Source: Alphaproteobacteria bacterium (GTDB lineage: Bacteria > Pseudomonadota > Alphaproteobacteria > SP197). From it: DNA of 64,000 nucleotides. The position numbers and the translations under genes are program-made. This document shows positions 51,994 through 61,318 of the stretch, piece by piece. Under the pieces are notes generated by a model that was not told where the DNA came from, did no database searches, and was given only the letters and a program-made list of their open reading frames with translations. The stretch is taken from positions 288,001 through 352,000 of the forward strand of contig OZ219920.1 in NCBI GenBank assembly GCA_964291415.2, in the 5' to 3' direction. Every line of letters starts with the position of its first letter. The first letter of the stretch is position 1.

Positions 51994-52887
51994 TCAGTCG
52001 TCTTCCAGGGCGAGTCTGAAGCCGATGAGGATGTGGCGGATGTCCTCGGGCCGGCCGTGCCGGTCAGCCGGGCGGCAGACACCGCAACCGCGATCATCCC
52101 AGGAACCACCCTTGACCCAGTATCGCCCGGGGCGCTGCTCATCGGCGGTCCACTCGAACACCTGTCCGGCGGCATCCAGCATGCCGAAGGGACTCGTCCC
52201 TTCCGGAAACGAGCCCACCGGCATCGTCGAGAAGGGGCCGCGGTCATGGGTGTTGAGTTTCGTGGCGTCCCACGCGTTGCCCCAGGGGAACATCCGGCCA
52301 TCCGTGCCGCGTGCGGCCTTCTCCCACTCGAGCGCCGTCGGCAGGCGCCACAGGCGCCCTGTTTCCCCGGACATCCAGCGGGCATAGGCCATCGCGTCGG
52401 CATGGCTCACGAGAACAACCGGATGGTCGAGCCTGTCGGCCGGTGGTACGCCATCAGTCCAGGCATAGGGCCGTGTGCGGCGGTAGGGATGGATCAGTCC
52501 ATAGCCGTCCCAGGTCTCATTGTCGACGTCGGGCGCGGCGTGGCCCGTGGCCTCGACAAACAGGGCGTAGTCGGCCTGGGTGACGAGGTTCTTCATGATG
52601 AAGAAGGTGCCAAGCTCGACGACGTGACGATCCATGTCATCGTCATACCAGCCCCATTGCCTGGTCCGCGAATGACCATAGGCTTCCTCGTCGAGACGAT
52701 AGGCCCATTCCCTCTCATCCGCGTCGGACCCGGCGATGAAGGATCCCCCGTCGATCCTGACGACCTCGGGGTGAGGCGTATCGTCTGCCGCGGATGAAGC
52801 GTACTGCGACAGAACAAGGAGAGTGACGCAGAGAAACGTGCGCAAGGGACCAGGAACCTTCCTGACAACACCCATAGTGGACCGCAT
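51994..52887 (-). CDS. Exported formylglycine-generating enzyme (SUMF1/FGE-sulfatase) family protein with CxxC
   Basis: Signal peptide; [50 protein letters not shown] and GFRL; start uncertain (52911/52887/52875). Confidence 0.88.
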   Translation of the reverse strand: MRSTMGVVRKVPGPLRTFLCVTLLVLSQYASSAADDTPHPEVVRIDGGSFIAGSDADEREWAYRLDEEAYGHSRTRQWGWYDDDMDRHVVELGTFFIMKNLVTQADYALFVEATGHAAPDVDNETWDGYGLIHPYRRTRPYAWTDGVPPADRLDHPVVLVSHADAMAYARWMSGETGRLWRLPTALEWEKAARGTDGRMFPWGNAWDATKLNTHDRGPFSTMPVGSFPEGTSPFGMLDAAGQVFEWTADEQRPGRYWVKGGSWDDRGCGVCRPADRHGRPEDIRHILIGFRLALEDD

Positions 52888-53019
52888 ACCATGGGAGCGC
52901 CACAGCGTCATTTCCAGCTTACCATCCTGCCGGGATCAGGGTATCATGGTGGTTTACGTGCGGTGCGCTCCATGAGCGCACTCCCTTCAAGATCTCGAAA
53001 CCGGAGGGTCTCTAACTCC

Positions 53020-53931
53020 ATGGGCAAGCTGAGAAGGAAACTGTTGACGACCACCATGATTCCGGCGGTCGTTGGTCTCGGGAGCGTCATGGCATTCGAT
53101 GCGTCGGCCTGCATGTGCCAGCGCAAGGCGGCTGCCAAGGCCTACACCATGGCCCTCGAAAACCCGGAGGCCGTGGCAGATCCCGCAACGGGCCTGGCTG
53201 CCGGCTGTGATGCCTGCGGCGGCTGTGGAGCGGGCTGCGGCGCTTGCGGTGGCTGTGGTGCCTGTGGAGCGGGCTGTGGAGCCTGCGGCGGTTGCGGAGC
53301 CTGCGGAGCGGGCTGCGGGGCCTGCGGCGGTTGTGGAGCCTGCGGAGCGGGCTGCGGGGTCTGCAATCCCTGCGCGGCCGAGTGCGAGGAGGATCCGTGC
53401 AATCCGTGTGCGGTCTGCGAGGATCCGTGCGGCGCCAGCCTTGAGACGGCGACGGGCCTGGCTGCCGGCTGCGGAGCCTGCGGCGGCTGTGGTGCCTGTG
53501 GAGCGGGCTGCGGAGCTTGCGGCGGCTGTGGTGCCTGTGGAGCGGGCTGTGGAGCCTGCGGCGGTTGCGGAGCCTGCGGAGCGGGCTGCGGGGTCTGCAA
53601 TCCCTGCGCGGCCGAGTGCGAGGAGGATCCGTGCAATCCGTGTGCGGTCTGCGAGGATCCGTGTGGCGCCAGCCTTTGGCAGCCCGATGACGAAACCAGG
53701 GTTGCCTGGAGTGTCCTGACGGGCGAGCCGAGCGCTGCCTATGTTGCCGGACTGCTGCCCCAGGGTGATGTGCCGGCGATGCTTGACGGGAACGTGGAGC
53801 ATGTTGCCGGACTGGCCGACGAGGGCATCGGTGCGGTTGGCACGGGCGCCACAGGTTCTGGCTCACGGTTCGTTCCGGACGATGCGGCGTCCGACATCGG
53901 CTACTGGCGTTACACACTGCTGGTGTCCTGA
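53020..53931 (+). CDS. Secreted Cys/Gly-rich repeat protein (45 Cys), unknown function
   Basis: GGAGG RBS; signal-like N-terminus ending ASA; repeats vary mainly at third codon positions in this frame, indicating coding selection. Confidence 0.8.
   Translation: MGKLRRKLLTTTMIPAVVGLGSVMAFDASACMCQRKAAAKAYTMALENPEAVADPATGLAAGCDACGGCGAGCGACGGCGACGAGCGACGGCGACGAGCGACGGCGACGAGCGVCNPCAAECEEDPCNPCAVCEDPCGASLETATGLAAGCGACGGCGACGAGCGACGGCGACGAGCGACGGCGACGAGCGVCNPCAAECEEDPCNPCAVCEDPCGASLWQPDDETRVAWSVLTGEPSAAYVAGLLPQGDVPAMLDGNVEHVAGLADEGIGAVGTGATGSGSRFVPDDAASDIGYWRYTLLVS
53185..53676 (+). repeat. Nested coding repeats: 39-nt units (CGACGGCGACGAG) inside two larger modules (53185-53442 and 53449-53676)
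   Basis: Each module reads ATGLAAG-(CGACGGCGACGAG)[31 protein letters not shown]. Confidence 0.95.
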
Positions 53932-53945
53932 TTACCGGGCGCTCC

Positions 53946-54446
53946 GTGCCTGGTGGTGACAGACTCCGTCGTCGCGGCCACGCCGCTGGATACCATGACA
54001 AGGGCCGGATCGGCATCGCTGCCGGCTCGGCCCTTGTCGTTCTTGTGCTCTTCATGGCGCTGGGCCGTGCCGGAGACGGGACGTTGGCAGCCGACAGCGC
54101 CTGGGCGCTGGCTGGCGGTGATTCCCTTCTCGTCATCGACGTGAGAACCGTCCGCGAATGGCGGACCACCGGTCTGCCGGAAAAGGCGGTGGGCATCAGC
54201 CTTGCCGGTCAAGGTGTTGCCTCCTTTGTCGACGCGGTGCTTGAAGCGGTTGACGGCGACCGCTCGCATCCCCTTGCGACGATATGCGCCTCCGGTGTGC
54301 GTTCGGCTCGGGCAGCCGATATCCTGCAGCGTCACGGGTTTGTGGACGTTTACGACATTGCCGAGGGCATGATGGGGAACGGGCACGGCCCAGGCTGGAT
54401 CGGACGCGGACTGCCGCTTCGTGCCATGGACGGCAGCGATTCATGA
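53946..54446 (+). CDS. Exported/membrane-anchored single-domain rhodanese
   Basis: Hydrophobic N-terminus, VIDVRTVREW..TG.P, ICASGVRS, EGM.G...GW...LP; start uncertain. Confidence 0.82.
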   Translation: MPGGDRLRRRGHAAGYHDKGRIGIAAGSALVVLVLFMALGRAGDGTLAADSAWALAGGDSLLVIDVRTVREWRTTGLPEKAVGISLAGQGVASFVDAVLEAVDGDRSHPLATICASGVRSARAADILQRHGFVDVYDIAEGMMGNGHGPGWIGRGLPLRAMDGSDS

Positions 54447-54523
54447 TCACGTCTCCCGCTGCCTCCCTTCATACTCCATGTCCGCACCTGTTCACTGACT
54501 GAATTCAAGAGAGGAGAATCAGT

Positions 54524-55663
54524 ATGTTTCGCAAGTCCAAAGCCACGCGTCTCGTGGACGACCTTGTTGGCGGTGAGATGTCCAGGCGGGAGTTTCACCG
54601 CACCCTCGCTGCCACAGGCATCGGTCTCGGCGGGACAACCCTGCCATTGTCCGGGGCTTCGGCGAACACCGATCCCGCGGCGCTCAGCGTCTTCGAGTGG
54701 GCGGGGTACGAACTGCCCGAGTTCTATCCGGGATACACCGAAAAGCACGGTGTCCCTCCGACATTCACGCTCTTCGCCGAAGAGGAAGAAGCCCTTCAGA
54801 AGCTGCGCTCCGGGTTCCCGTCGGACATCTCGCATCCGTGCAGCGGTTCGGTGGCGCGCTGGAGGGACGCGGGCGCATTGCGTCCGCTCGATATCGCTCG
54901 CATCGAGGCCTGGGACGACATCTTCCCGACCACCAAGGAGATCCGTGGCGTCAAGATCGAGGACGAGTACTATTTCCTGCCCTGGGACTGGGGGAACAGT
55001 TCCATTCTCTACAGGCCCGACCTGCTTCCGCTCGGCGAGGACGAACAGTCCTACGACGTCCTGCTGAGGCCGGAGTTGCAGGGCAAGATCGCGATGTTCG
55101 ATTCGGTCGACTCGACCTTCGCGGTCGGTGGTCTCCTGACCGGGGCTGAGAACATCTTCGCGATGACAGACGACGAAATCGAAGCCGCCGCCGAAGTTGT
55201 CCGTGCCCTTCACCACAACATGAGGTTCTACTGGTCGTCTCCAACCGAGTTCGAGCAATCCATGGCCGCAGGGGAAGTGGTGGCAGCATGGTCGTGGAAC
55301 AGTTCGATCATCGAGATGAAGAACCAGGACATCGAGGTCGTCTTCATGAATCCCAAGGAGGGGATCATGACCTGGATCTGCGGATTCACGGTCATGTCGA
55401 GCGGCGAGTCGGTAGATGACCTCATATACGACTACCTCAACGCCGCCATGGAACCGCGCGTCGGCAAATACCTCATCGAGGCTTATGGTTACGGTCACTC
55501 GAACGAGCACACCTATGGTCTGGTGGCCCAGGACGTGCTCGAAGCCCTCGGTATCGTCGACCCTGTCGCGCTCATGGCCCAGGGCAACTTCTACGATGAG
55601 ATCCCTGCCGATATCCGGGAAAAGATGATCGTCAAGTTCGACGAGATCAAAGCCGGTTTCTGA
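54524..55663 (+). CDS. PotD/PotF-like ABC substrate-binding protein with Tat signal
   Basis: SRREF Tat motif, FEWAGY, P.DWG, WSW and PKEG..TW. Confidence 0.88.
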   Translation: MFRKSKATRLVDDLVGGEMSRREFHRTLAATGIGLGGTTLPLSGASANTDPAALSVFEWAGYELPEFYPGYTEKHGVPPTFTLFAEEEEALQKLRSGFPSDISHPCSGSVARWRDAGALRPLDIARIEAWDDIFPTTKEIRGVKIEDEYYFLPWDWGNSSILYRPDLLPLGEDEQSYDVLLRPELQGKIAMFDSVDSTFAVGGLLTGAENIFAMTDDEIEAAAEVVRALHHNMRFYWSSPTEFEQSMAAGEVVAAWSWNSSIIEMKNQDIEVVFMNPKEGIMTWICGFTVMSSGESVDDLIYDYLNAAMEPRVGKYLIEAYGYGHSNEHTYGLVAQDVLEALGIVDPVALMAQGNFYDEIPADIREKMIVKFDEIKAGF

Positions 55664-55668
55664 TGATC

Positions 55669-55711
55669 ACGAGTGGAGACGCCGGTTACAGTCGCCGGTG
55701 TCTCCACTCGT
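55669..55711. terminator. Stem-loop between convergent genes
   Basis: ACGAGTGGAGAC(G)CCGG...CCGG(T)GTCTCCACTCGT. Confidence 0.6.
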
Positions 55712-55908
55712 CCAGCTGATCCCCTTGTCGCCCGCCCCTTGCCATCGCGTCTGCTCGAATGGCAGGTGTCGGCGCCGTGACGTTCGCAGACCGGATGCGC
55801 TGTCACGGCGGTCCGGCGGGCAGACGGAACACGTTCGTGCGGTTTGCACCGGACGCCCTTGTCCTCCGCCCAGGGCGATGCCGTTCGCGAGAATGGAGAA
55901 TTCGGCGC

Positions 55909-57099
55909 TCAGGCGGCGTGGCGCAGAACCTCGTCGCGGGTCTCCTGGAGGAGGTCGAGGTCGAACCCGAAGAGTTCTGCGGCGTTGGCGCAGAGCACCC
56001 GGTGGGCCGCTTCGGGATCGAGTTCCGAACGGATCCGGTTGATGAAGGGCTGGCTCTTCGGCCAGGACCCCTCGTCGTGGGGGTAGTCGTTGCCCCACAT
56101 CAGGATGTTGCTGCCCGTGAACGTCACGTTGTTCAGAGCCACCGGATCGTCAGTGATGGTGATGGCGCCCTGGCGCAGGAAGTACTCGCTGGGACGTAGG
56201 TTGAGTTTCTTCATGCCGAGGTGACGCTGTCTCTGCATCTGGTCCATGGCGTGGAGAACCCAGGCCAGCCAGCCGCATTCCGCCTCCGTGACGACGACCC
56301 TGAGGTTCGGGTGATTCTCGAGGACGCCGGCGCCCGTCAATTCGACGATCGGCGCCATGCCCGCGGCCATGCCCAGCACCGTGGAATTGAGCATTTCCGG
56401 CCAGTCGCGCTGTCGCTCCACGACTCCTGAGTAGGCGGCGAATCGGTCCGCGTCCATGGCGCCGAGATCGGCGAAGTCCGCGTGCAGGGCGAGGTTGCCG
56501 CTGAAGACGTGGAAGTTGAGCGGTATGCCCGCTTCCTCGGCCAGCGACCACAGGGGTTCGTAGTCGGGCATGCGGTAGGGCCGCCAGGGAACGTTGGCCG
56601 GCAGGAAGAGTGTGCAGAATCCGAGCCCGATGGCGCGTTCGGCTTCCCTCATCATCTCGTCGATATCGTCGACGGCGATCATGGCCACGGGCTTGAGGCG
56701 GTGCTGCCAGGGACCGAAGGTATCCCGCATGAAGTCGTTCCAGGCCCGTGCCCAGGCGTGGTGGAACTGAGTGGGCCCCCTGCCGCCGGAGAGCGAAAGT
56801 CCGATGTTGGGGAAGAGCACGGCGGCATCGACCCCCTCCAGCGCCATGTCGCGCAGGCGCCTGTCGATATCGGTGCCTTGCGAAGGATCGGTGCGAAACT
56901 CCTTCATAAGGTCGATCTCGCCGAGCGATTCGGCGGTGGAGTTCCTGAGATCCTCTCCGGCCAGCGTGACCTTGAAATCGCCGTTCACGTCGCTCTCGAG
57001 GCGCGGCAGCAGATCGCGGTAGCGTTCCGGAAGCCTTTCCCGCATGGCATCGGGTTCACCCACGTGGGCATCGGCGGAAATGATCACATCATGCAGCAT
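55909..57099 (-). CDS. Amidohydrolase_2 family protein
   Basis: ISADAHV, FHV, EAECGW and MWGNDYPHDEG. Confidence 0.9.
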   Translation of the reverse strand: MLHDVIISADAHVGEPDAMRERLPERYRDLLPRLESDVNGDFKVTLAGEDLRNSTAESLGEIDLMKEFRTDPSQGTDIDRRLRDMALEGVDAAVLFPNIGLSLSGGRGPTQFHHAWARAWNDFMRDTFGPWQHRLKPVAMIAVDDIDEMMREAERAIGLGFCTLFLPANVPWRPYRMPDYEPLWSLAEEAGIPLNFHVFSGNLALHADFADLGAMDADRFAAYSGVVERQRDWPEMLNSTVLGMAAGMAPIVELTGAGVLENHPNLRVVVTEAECGWLAWVLHAMDQMQRQRHLGMKKLNLRPSEYFLRQGAITITDDPVALNNVTFTGSNILMWGNDYPHDEGSWPKSQPFINRIRSELDPEAAHRVLCANAAELFGFDLDLLQETRDEVLRHAA

Positions 57100-57222
57100 G
57101 AGCAGAGTGGCCTTCCATGTGCTGGCGCCATTCTTGCATCTGGCCGGCGCCGGGTAAAACACTGTCGGCCAGTGCACCAGACACTATAGTGGCGGCCGGT
57201 GATGCCGGTGACGGGAGGAGAC

Positions 57223-58011
57223 ATGACGAACAGGGGACTGCTGGACGGACGACGGGCCCTCGTGACAGGAGCGGCCCGGGGAATCGGTCTTGCCATCGCC
57301 AGGGCCTTCCATGACGAGGGGGCACAGGTGGCGCTGAGCGACATCGACGGCGGGGCGGCCGTCACCGCGGCCGCGGATCTCGGATCACGGGCTCGCGGCT
57401 ACGCTCTCGATGTCACCGATGCCGTCGCCACCGAGCGAGTCTTCAACGAAGCTGCGCAATGGACGGGAGGGCTCGATCTCGTCGCCGCCAATGCCGGCAT
57501 CTCCACCATGAATGCCGTCAGGGATCTGACGGAAGAGGAATGGGCAACATGGACGTCAACGCCAAGGGTGTCTTCCTCACCAATCGCGAGGCTGTCCGGC
57601 ACTTTCGCGAGGCTGTCCGCCACCGGGACCGAGGGCGTCATCGTCAACACCGCCTCGCTCGCCGCCAAGATCGGAGCGCCCTACCTCGCCCACTATGCCG
57701 CCAGCAAGTTTGCCGTCATCGGTTTCACGCAGTCACTGGCCAGGGAGGTCTCCGACCGAGGCATCCGCGTCAACGCCGTGTGCCCCGGTTACGTCAGGAC
57801 GTCGATGCAGGAGCGGGAGGTCGAGTGGGAAGGCAGGCTGCGAGGCATGACGCCCGAGGCCGTGCGCGATGAGTACATTGCCGCCACACCGCTGGGCCGT
57901 CTCGAGGAGCCCGACGATGTCGCCTCGATCGCCGTCTTCCTGGCGAGTGATCTCTCCCGGTTCCTGACCGGGGAATCGATCAATGCCAGCGGCGGCGTCC
58001 TGATGGACTGA
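57223..58011 (+). CDS. SDR oxidoreductase (sugar-alcohol/acetoin type) with two compensating frameshifts (about 57545-57620)
   Basis: TGAARGIG, ANAG, YAASKF and VCPG; the conserved NMDVNAKGVFL segment sits in an alternative frame. Confidence 0.8.
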   Translation: MTNRGLLDGRRALVTGAARGIGLAIARAFHDEGAQVALSDIDGGAAVTAAADLGSRARGYALDVTDAVATERVFNEAAQWTGGLDLVAANAGISTMNAVRDLTEEEWATWTSTPRVSSSPIARLSGTFARLSATGTEGVIVNTASLAAKIGAPYLAHYAASKFAVIGFTQSLAREVSDRGIRVNAVCPGYVRTSMQEREVEWEGRLRGMTPEAVRDEYIAATPLGRLEEPDDVASIAVFLASDLSRFLTGESINASGGVLMD

Positions 58012-58032
58012 ATTTGACCGGGAGACCAGGAA

Positions 58033-58839
58033 ATGGGTTGGCTTGCGCAACAATTGGGAAGCAGGAAACCGGTGATCGCCATGGCGCATCTTCCGGCGTT
58101 GCCGGGATCACCGTTGCATGATGCCGCGGGAGGCATGGCCGCCATCATCGAACATGTGTCGCGCGACATCGAGGCCCTTCAGGCGGGAGGTGTCGACTGC
58201 ATCATGTTCGGCAACGAGGGCGACAGGCCCTACCTGCTCGAGGCCTCGCCGGAATCGCTCGCCGCCATGACCGCCGCCGTCGAAGCGGCCAAGGAATGCA
58301 TCACCGTCCCCTTCGGTGTCGACTACCTGTGGGACCCGGTGGCAACCGTGGCTATTGCCGTGGCCACGAACGCCGTCTTTGCCAGGGAGATATTCACCGG
58401 AGTCTATGATTCCGACATGGGCCTGTGGCAACCGGATGCCGCCCGGGCACTCAGAATGCGTCACGACCTGGGCCGGGACGACCTCAAACTCCTCTTCAAC
58501 ATCAATGCAGAATTCGCGTCACCGGTGGGCGCGAGATCGATCGAGTCACGCGCCGAGAGCGCCGTCTTCTCCTCTCTGGCCGACGCCGTCCTGGTCTCGG
58601 GCCCCATGACCGGACAACCTGTCGATGCATCCGAACTCTCGCGGGTCAAGGACGCTGTCGGCGAGACGCCGGTCCTTGCCAACACCGGCTGTACGGCGGA
58701 GAACATCGCCGGCATCCTCGCCGTGGCGGACGGCTGTATCGTCGGCACGCATTTCAAGGTGGGGGGCGACACCTGGAATCCGGTCGATCGCGACCGGGTT
58801 GCCCGATTCATGGAGGTCGTGTCCAGGAGCCGTTCCTGA
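58033..58839 (+). CDS. BtpA/SgcQ family TIM-barrel protein
   Basis: IAMAHLPALPG.P, ALQAGGVD.IMFGNE.D.PY, VSG..TG, ANTG and DG.IVGT.FK. Confidence 0.92.
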   Translation: MGWLAQQLGSRKPVIAMAHLPALPGSPLHDAAGGMAAIIEHVSRDIEALQAGGVDCIMFGNEGDRPYLLEASPESLAAMTAAVEAAKECITVPFGVDYLWDPVATVAIAVATNAVFAREIFTGVYDSDMGLWQPDAARALRMRHDLGRDDLKLLFNINAEFASPVGARSIESRAESAVFSSLADAVLVSGPMTGQPVDASELSRVKDAVGETPVLANTGCTAENIAGILAVADGCIVGTHFKVGGDTWNPVDRDRVARFMEVVSRSRS

Positions 58840-60362
58840 TGAGCGTTCTGCTTGGTCTCGACATCGGCACCACGTCAACAATCGGCATCCTTGCCGACTG
58901 CAGAGGCGGTGTTCTCGCCCTGGCCTCAAGGCCCAGCGAGCTTCTGTCGCGCCATCCCAACTGGGCCGAGGAGGACCCGGACCTGTGGTGGGCCAATGTC
59001 TGCGCCATCGTGCCGGAGCTGATCACCGCCGGCGGCATCCACGCGAGCGACATTGCCGGTGTCGGTGTGACGGGCATGGTTCCCACCCTCATCCTTCTCG
59101 ATGACGACGGTCTGGCTATTCGTCATTCGATCCAGCAGAACGATGCCCGGGCCATCGACGAGATCGCCGCGATGGCGCGGGACGTGGATGCCGACGCGTT
59201 CCTTGCCCTGACGGGTGGCAGCATCAACCAGCAGATCCTTGCACCCAAACTGCGCTGGCTTGAACGTCATGAACCCGGCAATCGGGATCGCACGCACACC
59301 ATCACGGGCTCCTACAGCTACATCACCGCCAGGCTGTGCGGATCCCTGACCATCGAGCGGAACTGGGCCCTGGAAGCGGGATTCATGGATCTTGCCACCG
59401 GTGCCCTTGACGACCGTCTTCTCGCTCACGCCGGCCTGGTGCCGGGCGCTCTCCCGCCGCTCCACGCCTCCCATGACGTCGTCGGGGAGGTGACATCCCA
59501 TGCCGCGTCACAGACGGGGTTGGCCGCCGGCACGCCCGTCGTGGCGGGGTGTGCCGATCACATCGCCTCGGCTTTCGTTGCAGGGGCATCGCGGGACGGC
59601 GATCTGGTCGTCAAGTACGGGGGAGCAGGGGACATCCTGCTGTCATGCACCAGCCCGGTGACCGATCCGCGCATGTTCATCGATTACCACATTGTCCCCG
59701 GTCTCCACTTCTCCAATGGCTGCATGGCTGCCAGCGGCAGCGTGCTGAACTGGATTGCCACCCACCTGGCAAAGGCCGAGGCAGGACAGGCAGCGCAGGA
59801 GGGACGGTCCGTCCATGCCTTGCTGGACGCCATGGCCGCAATCCTGCCGCCGGGGGCCGGCGGCGTTCTCCTGCTTCCCTACTTTCTGGGCGAGAAGACA
59901 CCTCTCAACGACCCCCATGCGCGTGGCACCCTGACCGGTCTCGGGCTGCACCACGGGCTGGCTCACGTCTGGCGTGCGGCTCTGGAATCGGTGGCCTTCG
60001 GTTTCCGGCACCATGCCGATGTGTTCGACGACATGGGTCTGGAGATCACCAGGATTGTCGCCTGCGACGGAGGCGCGGCAAGCGATCTGTGGGTCCAGAT
60101 CACGGCCGATGTTCTCGAGCGGCCCATCGAGAGGCTGCTCGACCACCCGGGGTCGTGTCTCGGCGCCGCCTTTGTCGCCGGCATGGGAGTCGGAGTCATG
60201 GACGACTGGGCCGACATCAAGGCCTATGTCGCGACGGACCGAGTCTTCGAACCGGACGGTGTTGCGTCATCGGTCTACCGGGAGGCTTACGGCCTCTACA
60301 GGGAACTCTACGAACGCCTCGAAACCCTCTACCCACGTGTCGGCCAGCTTCCGGTGGCCTGA
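58839..60362 (+). CDS. FGGY family carbohydrate kinase (xylulokinase-like)
   Basis: LGLDIGTTS, NDAR, PKLRW, LPYFLGEKTP and GGAAS. Confidence 0.92.
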   Translation: MSVLLGLDIGTTSTIGILADCRGGVLALASRPSELLSRHPNWAEEDPDLWWANVCAIVPELITAGGIHASDIAGVGVTGMVPTLILLDDDGLAIRHSIQQNDARAIDEIAAMARDVDADAFLALTGGSINQQILAPKLRWLERHEPGNRDRTHTITGSYSYITARLCGSLTIERNWALEAGFMDLATGALDDRLLAHAGLVPGALPPLHASHDVVGEVTSHAASQTGLAAGTPVVAGCADHIASAFVAGASRDGDLVVKYGGAGDILLSCTSPVTDPRMFIDYHIVPGLHFSNGCMAASGSVLNWIATHLAKAEAGQAAQEGRSVHALLDAMAAILPPGAGGVLLLPYFLGEKTPLNDPHARGTLTGLGLHHGLAHVWRAALESVAFGFRHHADVFDDMGLEITRIVACDGGAASDLWVQITADVLERPIERLLDHPGSCLGAAFVAGMGVGVMDDWADIKAYVATDRVFEPDGVASSVYREAYGLYRELYERLETLYPRVGQLPVA

Positions 60363-60376
60363 CACCGTGTCACCGT

Positions 60377-61318
60377 TCAGCCGGCGTCGAGGGCGGCGAT
60401 CGGAGAACCCGAGATCAGTCGGGAGAGGGTGCCGTCGATTCCGCGGCGCGGTTCACCCAACAGCGTGACGCGGTAGAGCTGCCGGTCGAAATCGAGATCG
60501 AAGATATCGGGCGTCGCGAGATGCAGGCAGGACCGGTTGTCCCAGAAGGCCACGCTGCCCGGTTCCCACCTGAACCGCACCATGAACTCGGGCCTGAGGG
60601 CATGTTCGTAGAGCAGCTCGAGGAGTCTGTCGCTCTCGAAGGGCGACAGTCCGACCACATTCCGGACGAACTCCGGATTGACATAGAGAACGCGCTTGCC
60701 GGACTCCGGATGGACCACCACCATGGGGTGTTCGGCCATCAGCGCGGCGTGTTCCACGCGCTGATCATACTGGCGGCTGACGTCGGCGCCCGATGGCGGT
60801 TCGAACCGGTGAATGCAGCTCAAGTGATCGATGAACCCGCGGAGAACAGGTGACAGGGCCTCGTAGGCCCGGGTCATGTCGAGCCACAGGGTGTCGCCGC
60901 CATGGGGAGGAATGATGTCGCCCCTCAGGATCGTGGCAAACGGCGGATTGACCGCCGGCGTGACGTCGGCATGCCAGCCCTTCCAGGCGCGGCGCGGTTT
61001 TTCGCCTCCCCGGGTGATGGCCACGCGAAACTTGGTCACGGGATAGATTTCCGGGGGCAGGCCTTCCCTTGTGCCGAACACCACGTGGGCCGGCGTCAAT
61101 TCGCCGAACTGCCGGGCAAAGCGGCTGTGCTGTTCGTGGTCCAGTGACTGGTTTCTGAAGAAGATCACCTTCCATGTGACAAGCGCTTCGCGTATCGCCG
61201 TCACCGCGTCCGCCGGCAACGGCCGGGAAAGATCGACACCGGCAATCTCGGCGCCGATATGCGCCGTCATGGGGCGAACGTCGGGCCGGACGGCGGAAGA
61301 ATGCTTGCGACGTGTCAC
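60377..61318 (-). CDS. TauD/TfdA alpha-ketoglutarate-dependent dioxygenase
   Basis: IGAEI.GVDL, WHADVT, GGDT, HP.V..HPESG, WDNR..LH.A and R. Confidence 0.93.
   Translation of the reverse strand: MTRRKHSSAVRPDVRPMTAHIGAEIAGVDLSRPLPADAVTAIREALVTWKVIFFRNQSLDHEQHSRFARQFGELTPAHVVFGTREGLPPEIYPVTKFRVAITRGGEKPRRAWKGWHADVTPAVNPPFATILRGDIIPPHGGDTLWLDMTRAYEALSPVLRGFIDHLSCIHRFEPPSGADVSRQYDQRVEHAALMAEHPMVVVHPESGKRVLYVNPEFVRNVVGLSPFESDRLLELLYEHALRPEFMVRFRWEPGSVAFWDNRSCLHLATPDIFDLDFDRQLYRVTLLGEPRRGIDGTLSRLISGSPIAALDAG

Noticed and set aside
53142-53636. Minus-strand Pro/Gln-rich ORF (PQAPQPAPQ)
   Set aside because: It is the antisense shadow of the Cys-repeat gene, which has the RBS and signal peptide
53185-53676. 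Possible CRISPR array or non-coding tandem repeat
   Set aside because: There are no unique spacers, the period is a multiple of 3 and variation is synonymous in the + strand Cys frame
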